In this document: in pieces, positions 51,373-64,000 of the stretch | Position numbering within the stretch: the stretch's first letter is position 1 | How the letters are laid out: each line of letters begins with the position of its first letter | Assembly (NCBI RefSeq): GCF_030684315.1 | Contig: NC_081390.1 | Coordinates: 5,456,001-5,520,000 of the forward strand | Direction: 5' to 3' | Source of the DNA: Stegostoma tigrinum | Lineage: Eukaryota | Length of the DNA: 64,000 nucleotides | The notes under the pieces: model-generated | Told to the model about the DNA's origin: nothing | Seen by the model: only the letters and a program-made list of their open reading frames with translations | The model's database searches: none | Program-made: the position numbers and the translations under genes

Positions 51373-53446
51373 GCACTTTGCTTGCGATTTCTCTTTGGAA
51401 GCAATTACTTTACCATGTCTATAGAATAAGATGTCATCTTCTTCTCCTAAGATCTATGAAAATGTTAACTTCTTGGATAAATAAAATTATTATTTTAGAC
51501 TAGTAAAATTTTCTGTAACACTTTCTAGGGCGCATACCAATTGTCTCATGGAAGGTGAAATGGGACCACATTGGAAGGCATCAAACAGAATATAGCTTTC
51601 CTTTAACAACACCTTCTAAACTTGTGACCTCTGCCAGATATAAGGTCAAGGGCAATAGATGCCTGGGAATACCACCACTGTCAAGTTCCCTCCAAGCCAC
51701 ACACCATCCTGACTTGAAATAATATCATATTTTTTCAGTGTCACTGGGTCAGGATTCTGGAACTCCCTCCCTTATGGCACTATGGATGTAACTACACCAC
51801 ACAGATTTAGTGATTCAAGAGGTGACTTACAGCACCTTGCAATTTGAGATGGGCAGAAAATGCTAGCAATACCCAAGCCATGTGATAGAATAGAAGAAAT
51901 TAAGCACTATAATTAGGACAGTTTTGGCCACTGTAATGATGTCATTGTGTTGTTTTTATATAATCTGCTATCACCAGAGCAAAATGGATTTGCAAATGTA
52001 TGGGCATGCATGCTCACTGTATTTAGGCAGGAATCTGGTGCTCCTCTATGCTACTTGTACAATTATACTATAGCACTGCTGAAAACGTAGGAGCAAATAT
52101 TTAACCCTGGCCTACTGGCAGTCTGAGCCTACTCATTGTCATGCGCTCCCCAACACCTCAAGAATGAACAAAACTGACCCACTGGCTGGTACAAAATAAT
52201 TTCTGCCTTTTCCATCCTCCCGAGAGCATTTAAGCAACATGTGCATGATGTCATTACCAGTTAGAGACCCAGCATAGCTCCAACAGGCACCCCAATTAAC
52301 AGCTACATTCCAGCAGATGTACCAACCTTGCTGGAATGCACTGTGATGCAGATTATCATTGAGCAGAGTGCCCAGGTGTGTGGGAATTATGAGGGGTTTT
52401 AACAAATTAACAGTCAAGGAATGATACCAGTAAAAGAAAATAACAGGTCTGCTCTTACTACACATTTAATGCCAAAACTCTGGAATTTTAATTCTTCTTC
52501 ATCCAAAAATAACATGTTTAAAAAATTCCTGAAATAGGTCAGAATTTAAAAATAAAGTGTTAGTTAATTTATAGAGTGACTATTTAATAAATATTCTTCC
52601 CTTTCTCAATGTATCTCTCTCCCCTCGTCACACCCAGGTCTCCAACTCAGAAGAGTCACCGTCTAATATCTAGTATACACTTCTATTTAAATGATCTGTC
52701 TCCCATTTTGAAGGATAAAAAGTTTGATGCATGTGGTGTAAACCACTCAAAATAAATTTATTTTACTAAAAATAGGCATGGAGAACTTCTGTAGAGGTGC
52801 AAGAGTAAATCCACCCTGTGCACGTCTGATCTAAGGGGCGGTAGGATATGAACTTTTCAGTATGAAGTTCTCCTTTTTGTTGGTCACCTTTTTTTTAAAG
52901 CAGGGCAGCGATATCCTTGTAGCAATCTTGTTTTTAATGGAGCTGGATGGTGCAATGTGGTAAACTGTCAGATCCTGTCTTCAACATAACCCAGGAAGAG
53001 AGTAGAATACTCATTCCTCTCTGATGAAACTGGGTGGGGCCATTTCCCTTTATTTTCTTACATTCAATCTAGCTCACAGAGATGTAGAATTTATTTTAGT
53101 TTTTCATCCTTTAATTATTGAATGGTGTTGCTGTCAAGCTATAATAACATTGATCAAACTGAACATTAGCTGGTCTTTGGGCAGATTTTCTAGTCGCTTC
53201 TACTTACTGCCAAAACTTGGCATGTGTCAAGATTCAACATCGGATTAGACCCATTTCTGAGGCTAAGTTTCGTAAGGATTGAACCCATATATATTTAGAT
53301 TAGGGAAACTTTCATCTTCTCATGAAACATCCTCTGCAAACAGATTATTAGGATTAGCATTTAACCTTCAGCCCTACAAATATGTAAAAAGGTATGTGAG
53401 CATGTTCACGAGGAATGGTAATTCATTTAGATCTTTTGTTTTCTAG

Positions 53447-53483
53447 TGCAAGATCCAGATGAGGATGCGATGAAAAGATCAAG
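53447..53483 (+). CDS. LDB3: LDB3 37-bp exon
   Basis: ttctag| acceptor and AG|gtaggc donor. Reads (L)QDPDEDAMKRS(R); compare mammalian MQDPDEEALRRS. Confidence 0.93.
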
Positions 53484-54227
53484 GTAGGCTTCTGGCAACA
53501 GCAGCAGTCATTGGCCCACTTAGCACATATTTCAGGCATATTACTTTTAAAATGCATTTATATACTTAGCAATAAATTCAACATTAGTCAATTATAGAAA
53601 GTTGGGGTTATTGAGATAACAAACAATTAACTTAAAACTTTAAATGAAAATATTGAAATTGGACGAAGAATCCCACATCAGGTTCCACTTATGACAAACA
53701 TTTAGAGTTCTATAGGTATGTGTTTGTGCCAACAATGAAAGGATATCATTCTCTAAGTACACACTGTTTAATGAGGTAGTTATGGTTTGGTGACTGCAGT
53801 GAGGCATTACCATTGTATCACAGTGCTCTCCGAAAGATCTGTGTTTCCAACGAAAACCCCCAAACTGGTGCTGCCACCATTACCACCCTGTCCCCCATTT
53901 CCCCAAATCCATAAATGTATCCTGCCAAATCTACACTAATTCATGGGGGTTGCTTACATAGTTTCTGATTCTACACAAAAATGATCAACTTCTTTCCATG
54001 TAAAGGGTACCATTTAAATGATCTTAATGGTTCAAAAACCAATGTGCAAAATATCTTTGTCTTTATTGCAACATTGGATCAGTTGGGGACATTTTTTAAA
54101 TCTTGTCATTTGTGTAATGCATTAGTTTTGCTTGCTATACAGTTGTAAGGTCAGAAGAGTGGAGGCCGTTTTCCCTAATGCCTTACTCTTCTCCTCCTCT
54201 CTTTTTCTCTCTTTCTCTATGCCACAG

Positions 54228-54324
54228 GGAAAAGTTTGAACATGAAGTAAAAGGTCCACGCTTTGCCAAATTGCGCAAATGGCATCATGGTCTGTCTGCA
54301 CAGATCCTTAATATTAAAGGTTAA
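54228..54324 (+). CDS. LDB3: LDB3 short-isoform terminal coding exon (Cypher2/ZASP-S type)
   Basis: Long pyrimidine tract plus ccacag|. Reads (R)EKFEHEVKGPRFAKLRKWHHGLSAQILNIKG*, with TAA at 54322-54324. Matches the short-isoform C-terminus PRFAKLRNWHHGLSAQILNVKS. Confidence 0.96.
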
Positions 54325-54365
54325 ACTGCCCACGTGTAATAAGACACTTGAAGATAGAATTACTA

Positions 54366-54371
54366 AATAAA
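54366..54371 (+). promoter_or_regulatory. Proximal AATAAA poly(A) signal candidate for the short isoform (another at 54548-54553)
   Basis: Hexamers about 40 and 225 nt after the stop codon; usage not provable from sequence. Confidence 0.4.
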
Positions 54372-56018
54372 GCAAAAGAGCATATTACTGTAATAGTGGC
54401 TGTAAAAAAGTAGTATGAGAACATCAAATCTTCAAAACAAGTTAAACAAAGTGCTTGTTGAGTGTCCTTAGCCTTACATCCCTCCTCTGTTGTATTGTAG
54501 TGCTCTAAGCAGCACAGTACTACTCCATGTATGAAGGTATCTCTGCCAATAAAATGCTAAAAGTCCTATTTCTGTACAAAGAGTCAAATTTTGTACCTCT
54601 GACTTCCTCTCAAAGAGATTTTAGGGAATGAATACACTGTGAGCTTCCTTGTGTTTTAGAAAGATTGCAGTTTTAGAGGACTTGTTAGGGTTTTAATTAT
54701 AAAAGTTAAAATGGTAGGTACTGTCTAGCTTTAGGGAATGCTTGCTCAACACTGTTGAGGCTAACAGTAGGTCAAACTGTGAGTCTTCTGGGAAGTAAAG
54801 GATTTAAAGAAAATGGGAATGATTTTTGGGACTAAACAACACATTTCCTGGCAAAGACAATTTGTTCATTTTGCCAGCCACAGGTAACTGCCTTGTTTAT
54901 TGAAATGGGCAGTGCAACATCTTTGACCATGTGACTTATATACTGTTGGTGACCATCCACCATTACTTGCCCACAATTACTTGTCCCATCCAAGTGTGAT
55001 AGATATAAGCAGAAAGCTGATGCCTGCTCATTTGATGAGCTACTTAACTAATAAGTTCAAATACAACTAGTAGTCTCTCATTGATGTGTGATCCTCACCC
55101 AACTTCATTCTCATTACATAGTCCATATCCTTGTGGAAGGTGAACAGGTTTCCTGTAACACTGTTTAAATAGTTGACCTGTTATTGCTTAGCTTCTCTCA
55201 CAAAGCAGCCCAGCATGGTAGGAATATTAGCTTTTCATCTGGGTTTTTGTTTGGATTCATATTAGACATTTTAAGATTGGGGCATGATACTGAAAATAAC
55301 GAAAGGAAATGATGCTAAATAATTCAGACTGAATCCCATTAAAGTCTAGGCACTGTACACCGTGCTGTGTCCCCAGACTGAGCTCAGCTAAGGCAACCAT
55401 CAATTGAATCCAAATAACCACTACAGGAAAGGTTTTTCTTAGGGACAGTGAAGATGAGGGGCTATGAGCAGAGAGTTGAGACAAATGTATGTTAGGAATG
55501 ATTACCCAAACAATTCTATAAAAAAACAGTTAGACAGATTATTCTTTAGTAATTGTATTGTGTGAGCATTCCTTCAAAAATGAGATTACCAAGAATCTTC
55601 TCACATGTTTAAACGTCTGGAGGTAAAATGTAACACATAGCTAGATTGAGCTGAAGGTAAATTAAAATAATAACTGGGATAGAAGGATTTGAGTAAAGAT
55701 TGTGATTGAACTGTATAACATATATCACTGTGATTTTGCAAAAAAAGTATTCGGGATTGAGCTTACACAATATATTTCTCATCTTCCCTTCTCTACTGAA
55801 GGTGCTGATTCATGCCGTGGTTCATTTGTCTTGGTCTTTTTGGTAGTCATTCAAATGCCAACTGATGGGGGCTGAATGTCAACAGTCTTTACTAGCAAGA
55901 TCTACAGTTCCATCCCAACACCTTTCAACCTTGATCATTAGGTAGTAATCAGGAGAGAGAAATCTAATTGCAGATTTTTGCTTCTCATAATTCTCTTCCA
56001 ACACTCTTAATTGACTCA

Positions 56019-56251
56019 GAGATAGTAGGAACTGCAGATGCTGGAGAATCTGAGATAACAAGGTACAGAGCTGGATGAACACAGCAGGCCAAGCAGCATC
56101 AGAGGAGCAGGAAAGCTGATGTTTTGGGCCTAGACCCTTCTTCAGAAAAACAATTTTTTTTCTGAAGAAGGGCCTAGGCCCGAAACTCAGCCTTTCTGCT
56201 CCTCTGATGCTGCTTAGCCTGCTGTGTTCATTCATCTCTACACCTTGTTAG
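56019..56251. mobile_element. Short inverted-repeat Penelope-derived element (same family as 17635) with about 15-bp TSD
   Basis: CTCTTAATTGA(C/T)TCA at 56004-56018 and 56252-56266. About 95-bp arms around 56152. CTGAAGA-AGGGCCTAGGCCC-GAAAC-TC motif. Confidence 0.8.
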
Positions 56252-56725
56252 CTCTTAATTGATTCATCAGTACAGGAAAATTGCAGTCCATTTGGTGAAA
56301 TTAGCTAAATCAGCAACAAAGAGAAAACTTAAAAGAATTCCACAGAACGCCATGTTCCATGAGAAAAATACTTGATCTGTTCAGCTGCAAAATATGTGAT
56401 ATATGTTATACCTTCCTTATTTTAAACAAAAGGGGCACTACATTGTTGTGGTGATTTAGGACCTGGTGCATGGCATTGGGGTCTGAGCTGCATCTGCAGT
56501 TTCCCATTGACCCTGATGGTTATGTACAACCATGACTTGTCGATATCATATTTTGAGAATGATTTGAGCTGAGTAGATGAGTAGGTTGGAGAGGGGTCAT
56601 TGTAATCTCTTGGATTCGGTACAGTGAAATTAGTGAAAGGCAGAATGTGATCATTTGGTTCCTGTATTGTGTGCTTGGCTGCTTTGGCTTGCTATTTCTC
56701 TGTATATACCAGCACTTTTCTCTGA

Positions 56726-56731
56726 AATAAA
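56726..56731 (+). promoter_or_regulatory. Distal AATAAA poly(A) signal candidate for the short isoform
   Basis: AATAAA preceded by TGTA elements (about 56663 and 56701) and followed by T-rich sequence. Confidence 0.45.
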
Positions 56732-57193
56732 AATATTAAGTTTAAAAAAAAGACCATTAGATCCTTTTCCAATTTCTTTTTATCCTGATTAGATGGAGCA
56801 CTTAATGCTCACTAAAAATCATAATCCAATATTTGGAGCCAGACTATTCATCAGTTTAACTTCTGTAGCAGTTGTATTAAAGAGGTAGCACTTGAGCTGG
56901 GAACTACGAAAGGGGTTGTATCTCAAGTGTTAAGAGGATGAAGCCAGCACACATTATTAATAAATGACAAGAGGGTAGAAATTCCAATTGGCAATTTTCC
57001 TGTGCATATGCTGTACAGATTTACACTGCTTTATGCTGCTTTACTTTTAAATGTGGCTTAAACCAAATTATTTCCCTAGGTCAATGTTGTACAAGAAACA
57101 AACATCATACCATATGAATGCATTAATTATTCAAACATAAATGTTATTAATCAAAATTTCTACCTTTTCGGTCATTACTGGAAGTTAAGATGG

Positions 57194-57505
57194 ATTAGAT
57201 TCCCTACGGTGTGGAAACAGGCCCTTCGGCCCAACAAGTCCACACTGCCCCTTGAAGCATACCACCCAGACCCATCCCCCATAACCCACACACCCCTGAA
57301 CACTACGGGCAATTTAGTATGGCCGATCCACCTAGTCTGCACATTTTTGGACTATGGGAGGAAACTGGAGCACCCGGAGAAAACCCACGCAGACACGGGG
57401 AGAATGTGCAAGCTCCACACAGACAGTTGTCTGAGGCTGGAATTGAACCTGGGTCCCTGGTGCTGTGAGGCTGCAGTGCTAACCACTGAGCCACCGTGCT
57501 GCCCC
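57194..57505 (-). mobile_element. tRNA-derived V-SINE (HE1-like)
   Basis: Same family; box A/B-like head and V-domain core. Confidence 0.88.
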
Positions 57506-58104
57506 TAATGCCTTAATTTCCGAAAATGAAAAATGTTCTCAGAATTTTTTCCTTGCTCTGCCTGAGACTGTCAAACTCCTTTCAATCTTTCATCAACGCT
57601 GCAATTCTCAAAGCAAATCAGCTCCAGCCCCTGACACAGGTTTGAAGAAAGTTAACAAATTGTCATGTTCCAGCAAGATGTTAATTTGGTTGATTGTTCA
57701 CTTATAGTTTCCTGGTATTAATCCATGAGGTCTGCTAGGAGATTAGTATGGCTGATCAGACCTGGGTGTCTGAACTCTGAAGAATATCCTAGTATGTTCT
57801 GCTAAATTTCAATTTGTTGGACTTTTTTATAGTACTCATTGTGGCCAGTAAAACTTGGGTTAACTTTGTTTTTTTATCCAGTTGATGAATCAAATCCATG
57901 TGGTGGCTTAAAATCTAGAATCCAGGAATATTGAAAGATAAACTGATTGAAAGAAGCTCTGGTATAAACAGGCTTACTAAGAGGCAATATCACTTTAAAA
58001 TGCATTAGAAGTATATTATTGAGCAGTGTTGTGCACAAGCATTATGGTAATTGCCCTCTTTTGCATAATGGTGGACGGCCAAACATTTGTTTGAATGTGT
58101 TGTA

Positions 58105-58700
58105 GAGTCATAGAGTGATACAGCTCAGAAACAGACCCTTAGGTCCAACCAGTTCATGCCAGCCATAATCCCAAACTAAACTACTGCCACCTGCCTGCTC
58201 CTGGCCCATTTCCCTCCAACCTTTCCTATTCATGTATTTATCCAAATGTCTTTTAAATGTTGTAATTGTGCCTACATCCACCACTTCCTCAGGATGTTCA
58301 TTCCACATGTGAACCATGTGTAAAAAGATCTGCCCCTCATGTCTTTTTAAAAATCTCTCTCCTCTCACTTTAAAAATGTGCCTCCTAGTCTTGAAATCCC
58401 CCATCCTAGGGAATTGACAATTACCAGTAACCCTATCTAGAGCCCTCTATTTTATAAACCAATATAAAGTCATCTCTCAAACTCCTACATTCCAGTTAAA
58501 GAAGTCCCAACCTATCCAGGCTCTCCTTGTAGCTCAAACCCTCTGTTCCCGGCAACATCCTGGTAAACTACTTCTGAATCCTCTCCAGCTTGATAATATA
58601 ATTCCTACAGCAGAGAAACCAGAACTGGACACAGACGCTGGAAGAAGCTTCACCAACATCCTGTAGATCCTTAAAATAACATCCAACTCCTATACCCAGA
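58105..58700 (-). mobile_element. CR1 3' fragment
   Basis: TRRHIFKVRGERF...TFKRHLDKYMNRKG plus CR1 tail. Confidence 0.8.
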
Positions 58701-59445
58701 GTTACTTCAGTAAAATCTGCAATATATTCAAAGTCTTGCATTTCAACTTAACACACTATAAATTCTGATCTAGAGATTTAATGGAAAATGCCTATGCAAA
58801 CCTCTATAGCCTTAATTACATCATTCTACACTAATGCATTAGAGCTCAGTTTTGGCTCCTGCCAGCTCTTCAACTATAGAGAAATCTCTACACTGGAGCC
58901 AATTCTACTTACCTGCAATGCCTTCTAAGATTTTGCAGATTAACTATGAACAATGATAGGAAATCGAATTAGTAGATAATAAAAGGTAGATGTCAAAAAA
59001 ATGGAACTAATTAGATCCGTGGACTTGGTACAGTTATCCCCATTTCTAATAATACTACAACTGAAGGTTATTTGTGGTTTCAACTCTCCATGTGCAATAC
59101 AATCAGCAAATGGTTAGTATTAGATGATTGTTGTATAAATATTTATTTGTAATATAATTCCAAAGTATTAATGAAAGTAAACAGATAGAGAAATAATGAA
59201 CTGACTACAGACCACATCATCCTTCATATTATCTTATTGCACAACTACAAAGTCTTTCTCATAATGCTTCAGAAAAATTCTGCAGTCACCCCAAGTCATA
59301 TAATTCACAACTGTTCAAACACTGGAAAGATAAAAAGAATCATAGCAGCAAAAATTAACCCAGCACGAATGCAATTCATGTGCATAATATTTCAACTGAA
59401 TTCAGTGCATGACAAAGTTTATATACATCACAGATGATCCCCCTG

Positions 59446-61830
59446 ATAGAACATAGAACAGTGCAAGAACAGTACAGGCCCTTCAGCCCAAGATGTTGTG
59501 CCAACCTATTATCCTACTAAGAACAATCTATCCTGGATACCCTACATTTTACTATCCTCCATGAGCCTATCCAAGAGTTGCTTAAAAGTCTATGAAGTAT
59601 CTGATTCCACTATCACTGCCGGCAGCGCATTCCACACACCCACCACTCTCTGTGTAAAGAGCTTACCTTTGACATCTCCCCAAACCTTCCCCCAGTTATT
59701 TTAAAATTATGTCCCCTCACAATAGTCATTTCTGCCCTGGGAAAATGTTTCTGACTATCCACTCTATCTATGCCTCTCATCATCTTGTACACCTCTATCA
59801 AGTCACTTCTCATCCTTCTTCGCTCCAATGAAAAAAGCCCTAGCTTCTTCAGCCTTTCCTCATAAGACCTGCCCTCCAGTCCAGGCAGCATCCTGGTAAA
59901 TCTCCAATACAACCTCTCTAAAGGTTCCACACCTTTCTTATAATGAGGTGACCAGAACTGGAAACAATATTCCAAGTGTGGTCTAACCAGAGTTTTATAG
60001 AGCTGCAGCATAACCTTGCAGCTCTTAAACTGAATTCCCCTGCCAATGAAAGCCAACACATTATTCGCTTTCTTTACAGCCCTATCAACTTGGGTAGCAA
60101 CTTTGAGGGATCTATGGCTGTGGACCCCAAGATCCCCCTTTTCCTGTACACTGTCAGAATCCTACCATTAACCCTGTATTCTGCATTCAAATTCGACCTT
60201 CCAAAATGAACCACTTCACACTTTTCCGGGTTGAATTCTATCTGTCACTTCTTCGCACAGCTCTGCATCCTGTCAATGTCTCAGTGCAACCTACAACAGC
60301 CCTCCACGCTGTCCAAACTCCCCCAACCTTTGTGTCATCGGCAAACTTACTAACCCACCCTTCCACTTCCTCATCCAAGTCAGTTATAAAGATCGCAAAG
60401 AGCAGAGGTCCCAGAGTAGACCCCTGCAGAACACCACTGGTCACCTAGCTCCAGCTGAATACTTTCCATCTACTACCACCCTCTGTCTTCTATTGGACAG
60501 CCAGTTTTATATCCAGACAGATAAATTGCCCTGGATCCCATGCCTCCTTACTTTCTGAATGAGGCCACCATGAGGAACCTCATCAAATGCCTTGCTAAAA
60601 TCTAGATGCACCACATCCATTGCTCTACCTTCATCAATGTGTTTTGTCACATCCTCAAAGAATTCAATAAGGCTTGTGAGGCATGACCTGCCCCTTACAA
60701 AACCATGCTGACTATTTCTAATCAAACTGTGCTTTTCCAAATAATCATAAATACTATCTCTCAGAATCCTCTCCAATAATTTGCCCACCACAGAAGTAAG
60801 ACTGATTGGTCTGTAATTCCCAGGATTATCCCTATTCCCTTTCCTGAACAAGGGAATGACATTTGTCACTCTCCAATCATCTGGTACTACTCCAGTGGAC
60901 AGTGAGGATGCAAAGATCATTGCCAAAGGGGCAGCAATCTCTTCCCTCACTTCCTGTAGTAACCTTGGGTATATTCCATCTGGCCCAGGTGACTCATCTA
61001 TCCTCATGTTTTTCAAAATTTCTAGCACATCTTCCTTCCTAATATCAACCTGTTCAAGCATATCTGCCTGTTTCATGCTGTCCTTACAAACCACAAGGTC
61101 CCTCTCACTGGTGAATACTGAAGCAAAGTATTCAGTAAGGACCTCTCCTACCTCCTCTGGCTCCATGAACAAGTTCCCTCCACTATCCCTGACTGGCCCT
61201 ACCCTCACTCTGGCCATCCTCTAGTTCCTCACATAAGTATAGAATGCCTTGGGGTTTTCCTTAATCCTACCCACCAAGGCTTTTTCATAACCCCTTCTAC
61301 GTCTCCTAAGTCCATTCTTCAGTTCCTTCCTGGATACCTTGTAGACCTCTAGAGACCTGTCCAATCCTCGCTTCTTCAAACTTAGGTAAGCTTCCTTCTT
61401 CCTTTTGACTAGGTGTTCCTCATGCCTTGTCATCCAGGTTTCCTCCACCTTACCATCCCTTCCTTGCCTCAGTGGCACAAACCTATCCAGTACTCGTAGC
61501 AACTACTCCCTCAACAACCTCCACATTTCTGCCATGCATTTCCCTGAGAACATCTGCTCCCAATTTATGCTCCGCACTTCCTGCCTAATAGCATTGTAAT
61601 TTCCTCTCCCCTAATTAAATACTTTCCTATACCATCTGCTTCTGTCCCTCTCCATGACTATGGTAAAGGTCAGGGAGCTGTGATCACTGTCAACCGAAAT
61701 GTTCTCCCACCAAGAGATCTGACACCCAGCCTGGTTCATTGCCAGGCACCAAATCCAATATGGCGTCCCCTCCAGTCGGCCTATCTACATATTGAGTCAG
61801 GAATCCTTCCTGGGCACACCTGACAAAATC
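59446..61830 (-). mobile_element. CR1-clade LINE, 5'-truncated ORF2 with stops and frameshifts
   Basis: [70 protein letters not shown]. Tandem 3' tail repeat (ATAGAAC on the + strand). Confidence 0.93.
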
Positions 61831-62291
61831 TGCAGTAAACTGCATTACTGCATGTAGGGTGTCAACTTTTCTAGGTAACAGGTGGAGAAATTGAAACTGT
61901 CAAAACCATGAACCAAAAATTCACACAAGACATCAGAAAAAAAAGTTTCAAAAAGGAATTATCAGTGACATGTTCTGAGTTAGTTTCAAAAAATTATATT
62001 TTCCAATTGAAATTACACATTTTCATATTTTTTTAAAAATGAGACATGGAAGTTCAGACAACCAAAAACTCCAAACTCTATCTACTGCTTACCAGAATCA
62101 GAAATTGGAGTAAGCGTTGGGTGCAAATCCTTGTTACAGAAGTCAGTGTTACAGCACTCGATAGTTCTCCGTTTTCTTACTTTTGTTGAATCCTTGCATT
62201 GGAAATCGTTTTGTTTTATTTGGGAGTCTTAGAGCCATACAGCAAAGAAACAGACCCTTTGGTCCAATGCTTTTTTGTGAAAAGCTACTGC

Positions 62292-62607
62292 ATAGAATCA
62301 TAGAATCCCCATTGCATGGAAACAGGCCCGTAGGTCCAACAAGTCCACACTGACCCTCACATCCCACCCAGACCTATTCCCCTACAACCCACCCAGTCTA
62401 CACATTCCCACGGGCAATTTAGCACAGCCAGTCCACCTAGCCCGCACATCTTTGGACTGTGGGAGGAAACCGGAGCACCTGGAAGAAACTCACACAGACA
62501 CGGGAAGAATGTGCAAACTCCACACAGACAGTCACCCGAGGGTGGAATCAATCCTGGGTCCCTGTTGCTGTGAGGCTGCAGTGCTAACCACTGAGCCACT
62601 GTGCCAC
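62292..62607 (-). mobile_element. tRNA-derived V-SINE (HE1-like)
   Basis: Same family; (ATAGAATC)2 tail. Confidence 0.88.
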
Positions 62608-64000
62608 TCCCTATATACAAACTTTCTTTATAAAAGGAGGAGTAGATTCTGAGAAGGCATTAATGACAGTGATCAAAAATCTAATCATTGTGACATTAAA
62701 GCAAAGGGGGAGTTAGGGAGAAAATAGCAAGTGACGGGTACTGGATTGATGAAGACTTCACCAACAGCAATCTAAAGAGAGGGACTTGTGTAGATCAAAG
62801 CTGGAAAAGTCAGATGTCTGTGATGGAGAGCCACAGAGGTTTGCAGAGGCATGACAGAACCTAAAGATGAGAATTTGAAATCATGATGCAGTTGGTGAGG
62901 GAATGAGTGGGGTTGGATGAACACAGGTATCTTCACATTTTCACAACCCACTTGGAAATATATGCATTGATAGTCAAGCCCCATTACTCACAGTGTCATC
63001 ATAAAAGTTAAAGGTTGAATCAAAGTACTCTAAGTCCCTAATTTCCCTGTTTGATAGATTCAGATGATCAGAAAACACTGTACAGGTTTCTGAATTTAAC
63101 AAGAACTACTGATTGTTACAAATAATTCAAATCTGATTGAAGGCAAGCAAAAATATGAATTATCAACAGACGAGTTGAAATTTTAATCCCCTTCTTAAAC
63201 CACTACAAAAACACACAGAATCAGACAAATTGAACATACAGAGTTTTGAATAATCAAAGCAGAGTTGAAACTTTAACTTCTGTTTCTCTCTCTACAGATG
63301 CAGCAACCCTGCTGAGTCTCTTCAGCATTCTCTATGTTTGTTTCAGATCTCTTGCATCCAGAGAATTTTGCTTTTCAACAAACATGGATATAATGGGCGG
63401 AGAGAAAATTACTGGGGGAGCACAGTACAATATCAACAGTGCACAGGATTTGATGAGGTGTCCTTTTTGTATCTCAAGTCTTTTTATTCTCCATTTTCCT
63501 TATTTCTAGATTTTTTTCAATTATTTCAGTCACTGATTAGAGGCGATAGCTTAAAGGCCAACTGATGAGACGGTGTAACTATCTTCCGGGCTTTGGTTAC
63601 TTCACTGCAGAGGTACAAAGAGAGAGAGAGTGACACCTCCTCCTTCTGCAATCTGGAGGCAATCTGCAATTTCTCTCTGTACCATTAACACTGACACTGT
63701 TCACCTACCCAGGAGCCAGAGAGTTGTTGTCATGCTGATGACCTCTGGCATCTACCACTAGTCCCAATTGTATAAGCCAATAAACAATCTGTAGCTGGGC
63801 ATAGCTCACTTTGAACATCCACTCACAGTGGATTCTTAGATCACTCCCCAATTACTTGAATATAACACTGTAAACGTAACTCACAACGAATTCCAACAGT
63901 AACTGTTAGCAAAACGTAGCAACTCTTTCAGCAGACTTTGGCTTAAAGCAGACCTTCTCTCATTTTCATCCAGAATCTAAACTAAAGAAGCAAAAGAGCA

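Noticed and set aside
54325-64000. Exons of the long, LIM-containing LDB3 isoform
   Set aside because: No recognisable Pro/Ala-rich or LIM-coding exon was found; they probably lie beyond the window, though a diverged exon could have been missed.

Overview
This is vertebrate genomic DNA, very likely from a shark or other elasmobranch, judged from HE1-like V-SINEs, CR1 LINEs, DeuSINEs and Penelope-like repeats. The window lies inside one + strand gene, LDB3 (ZASP/Cypher). I could read nine coding exons by hand: the second PDZ exon, a linker exon, the cardiac-type ZM exon, a 20-nt microexon, the skeletal-type ZM exon, a candidate 21-nt microexon, two shared exons and the terminal exon of the short (LIM-less) isoform. 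The first coding exon and the LIM exons were not found in the window. The introns are full of retroelements. The most unusual structure is at 34.7-40.6 kb. A near-full-length Tx1-type LINE sits exactly at stem II of the minimal hammerhead ribozyme of an inverted Penelope-like insertion, and it carries a diverged 56-nt copy of that target at its own 5' end. This suggests a retrotransposon that targets hammerhead/Penelope sequence. Several other palindromic Penelope-derived insertions carry hammerhead relics, and there are clustered RBFOX-type motifs near the alternative exons. All calls are by eye, with no database searches, and repeat boundaries are approximate.
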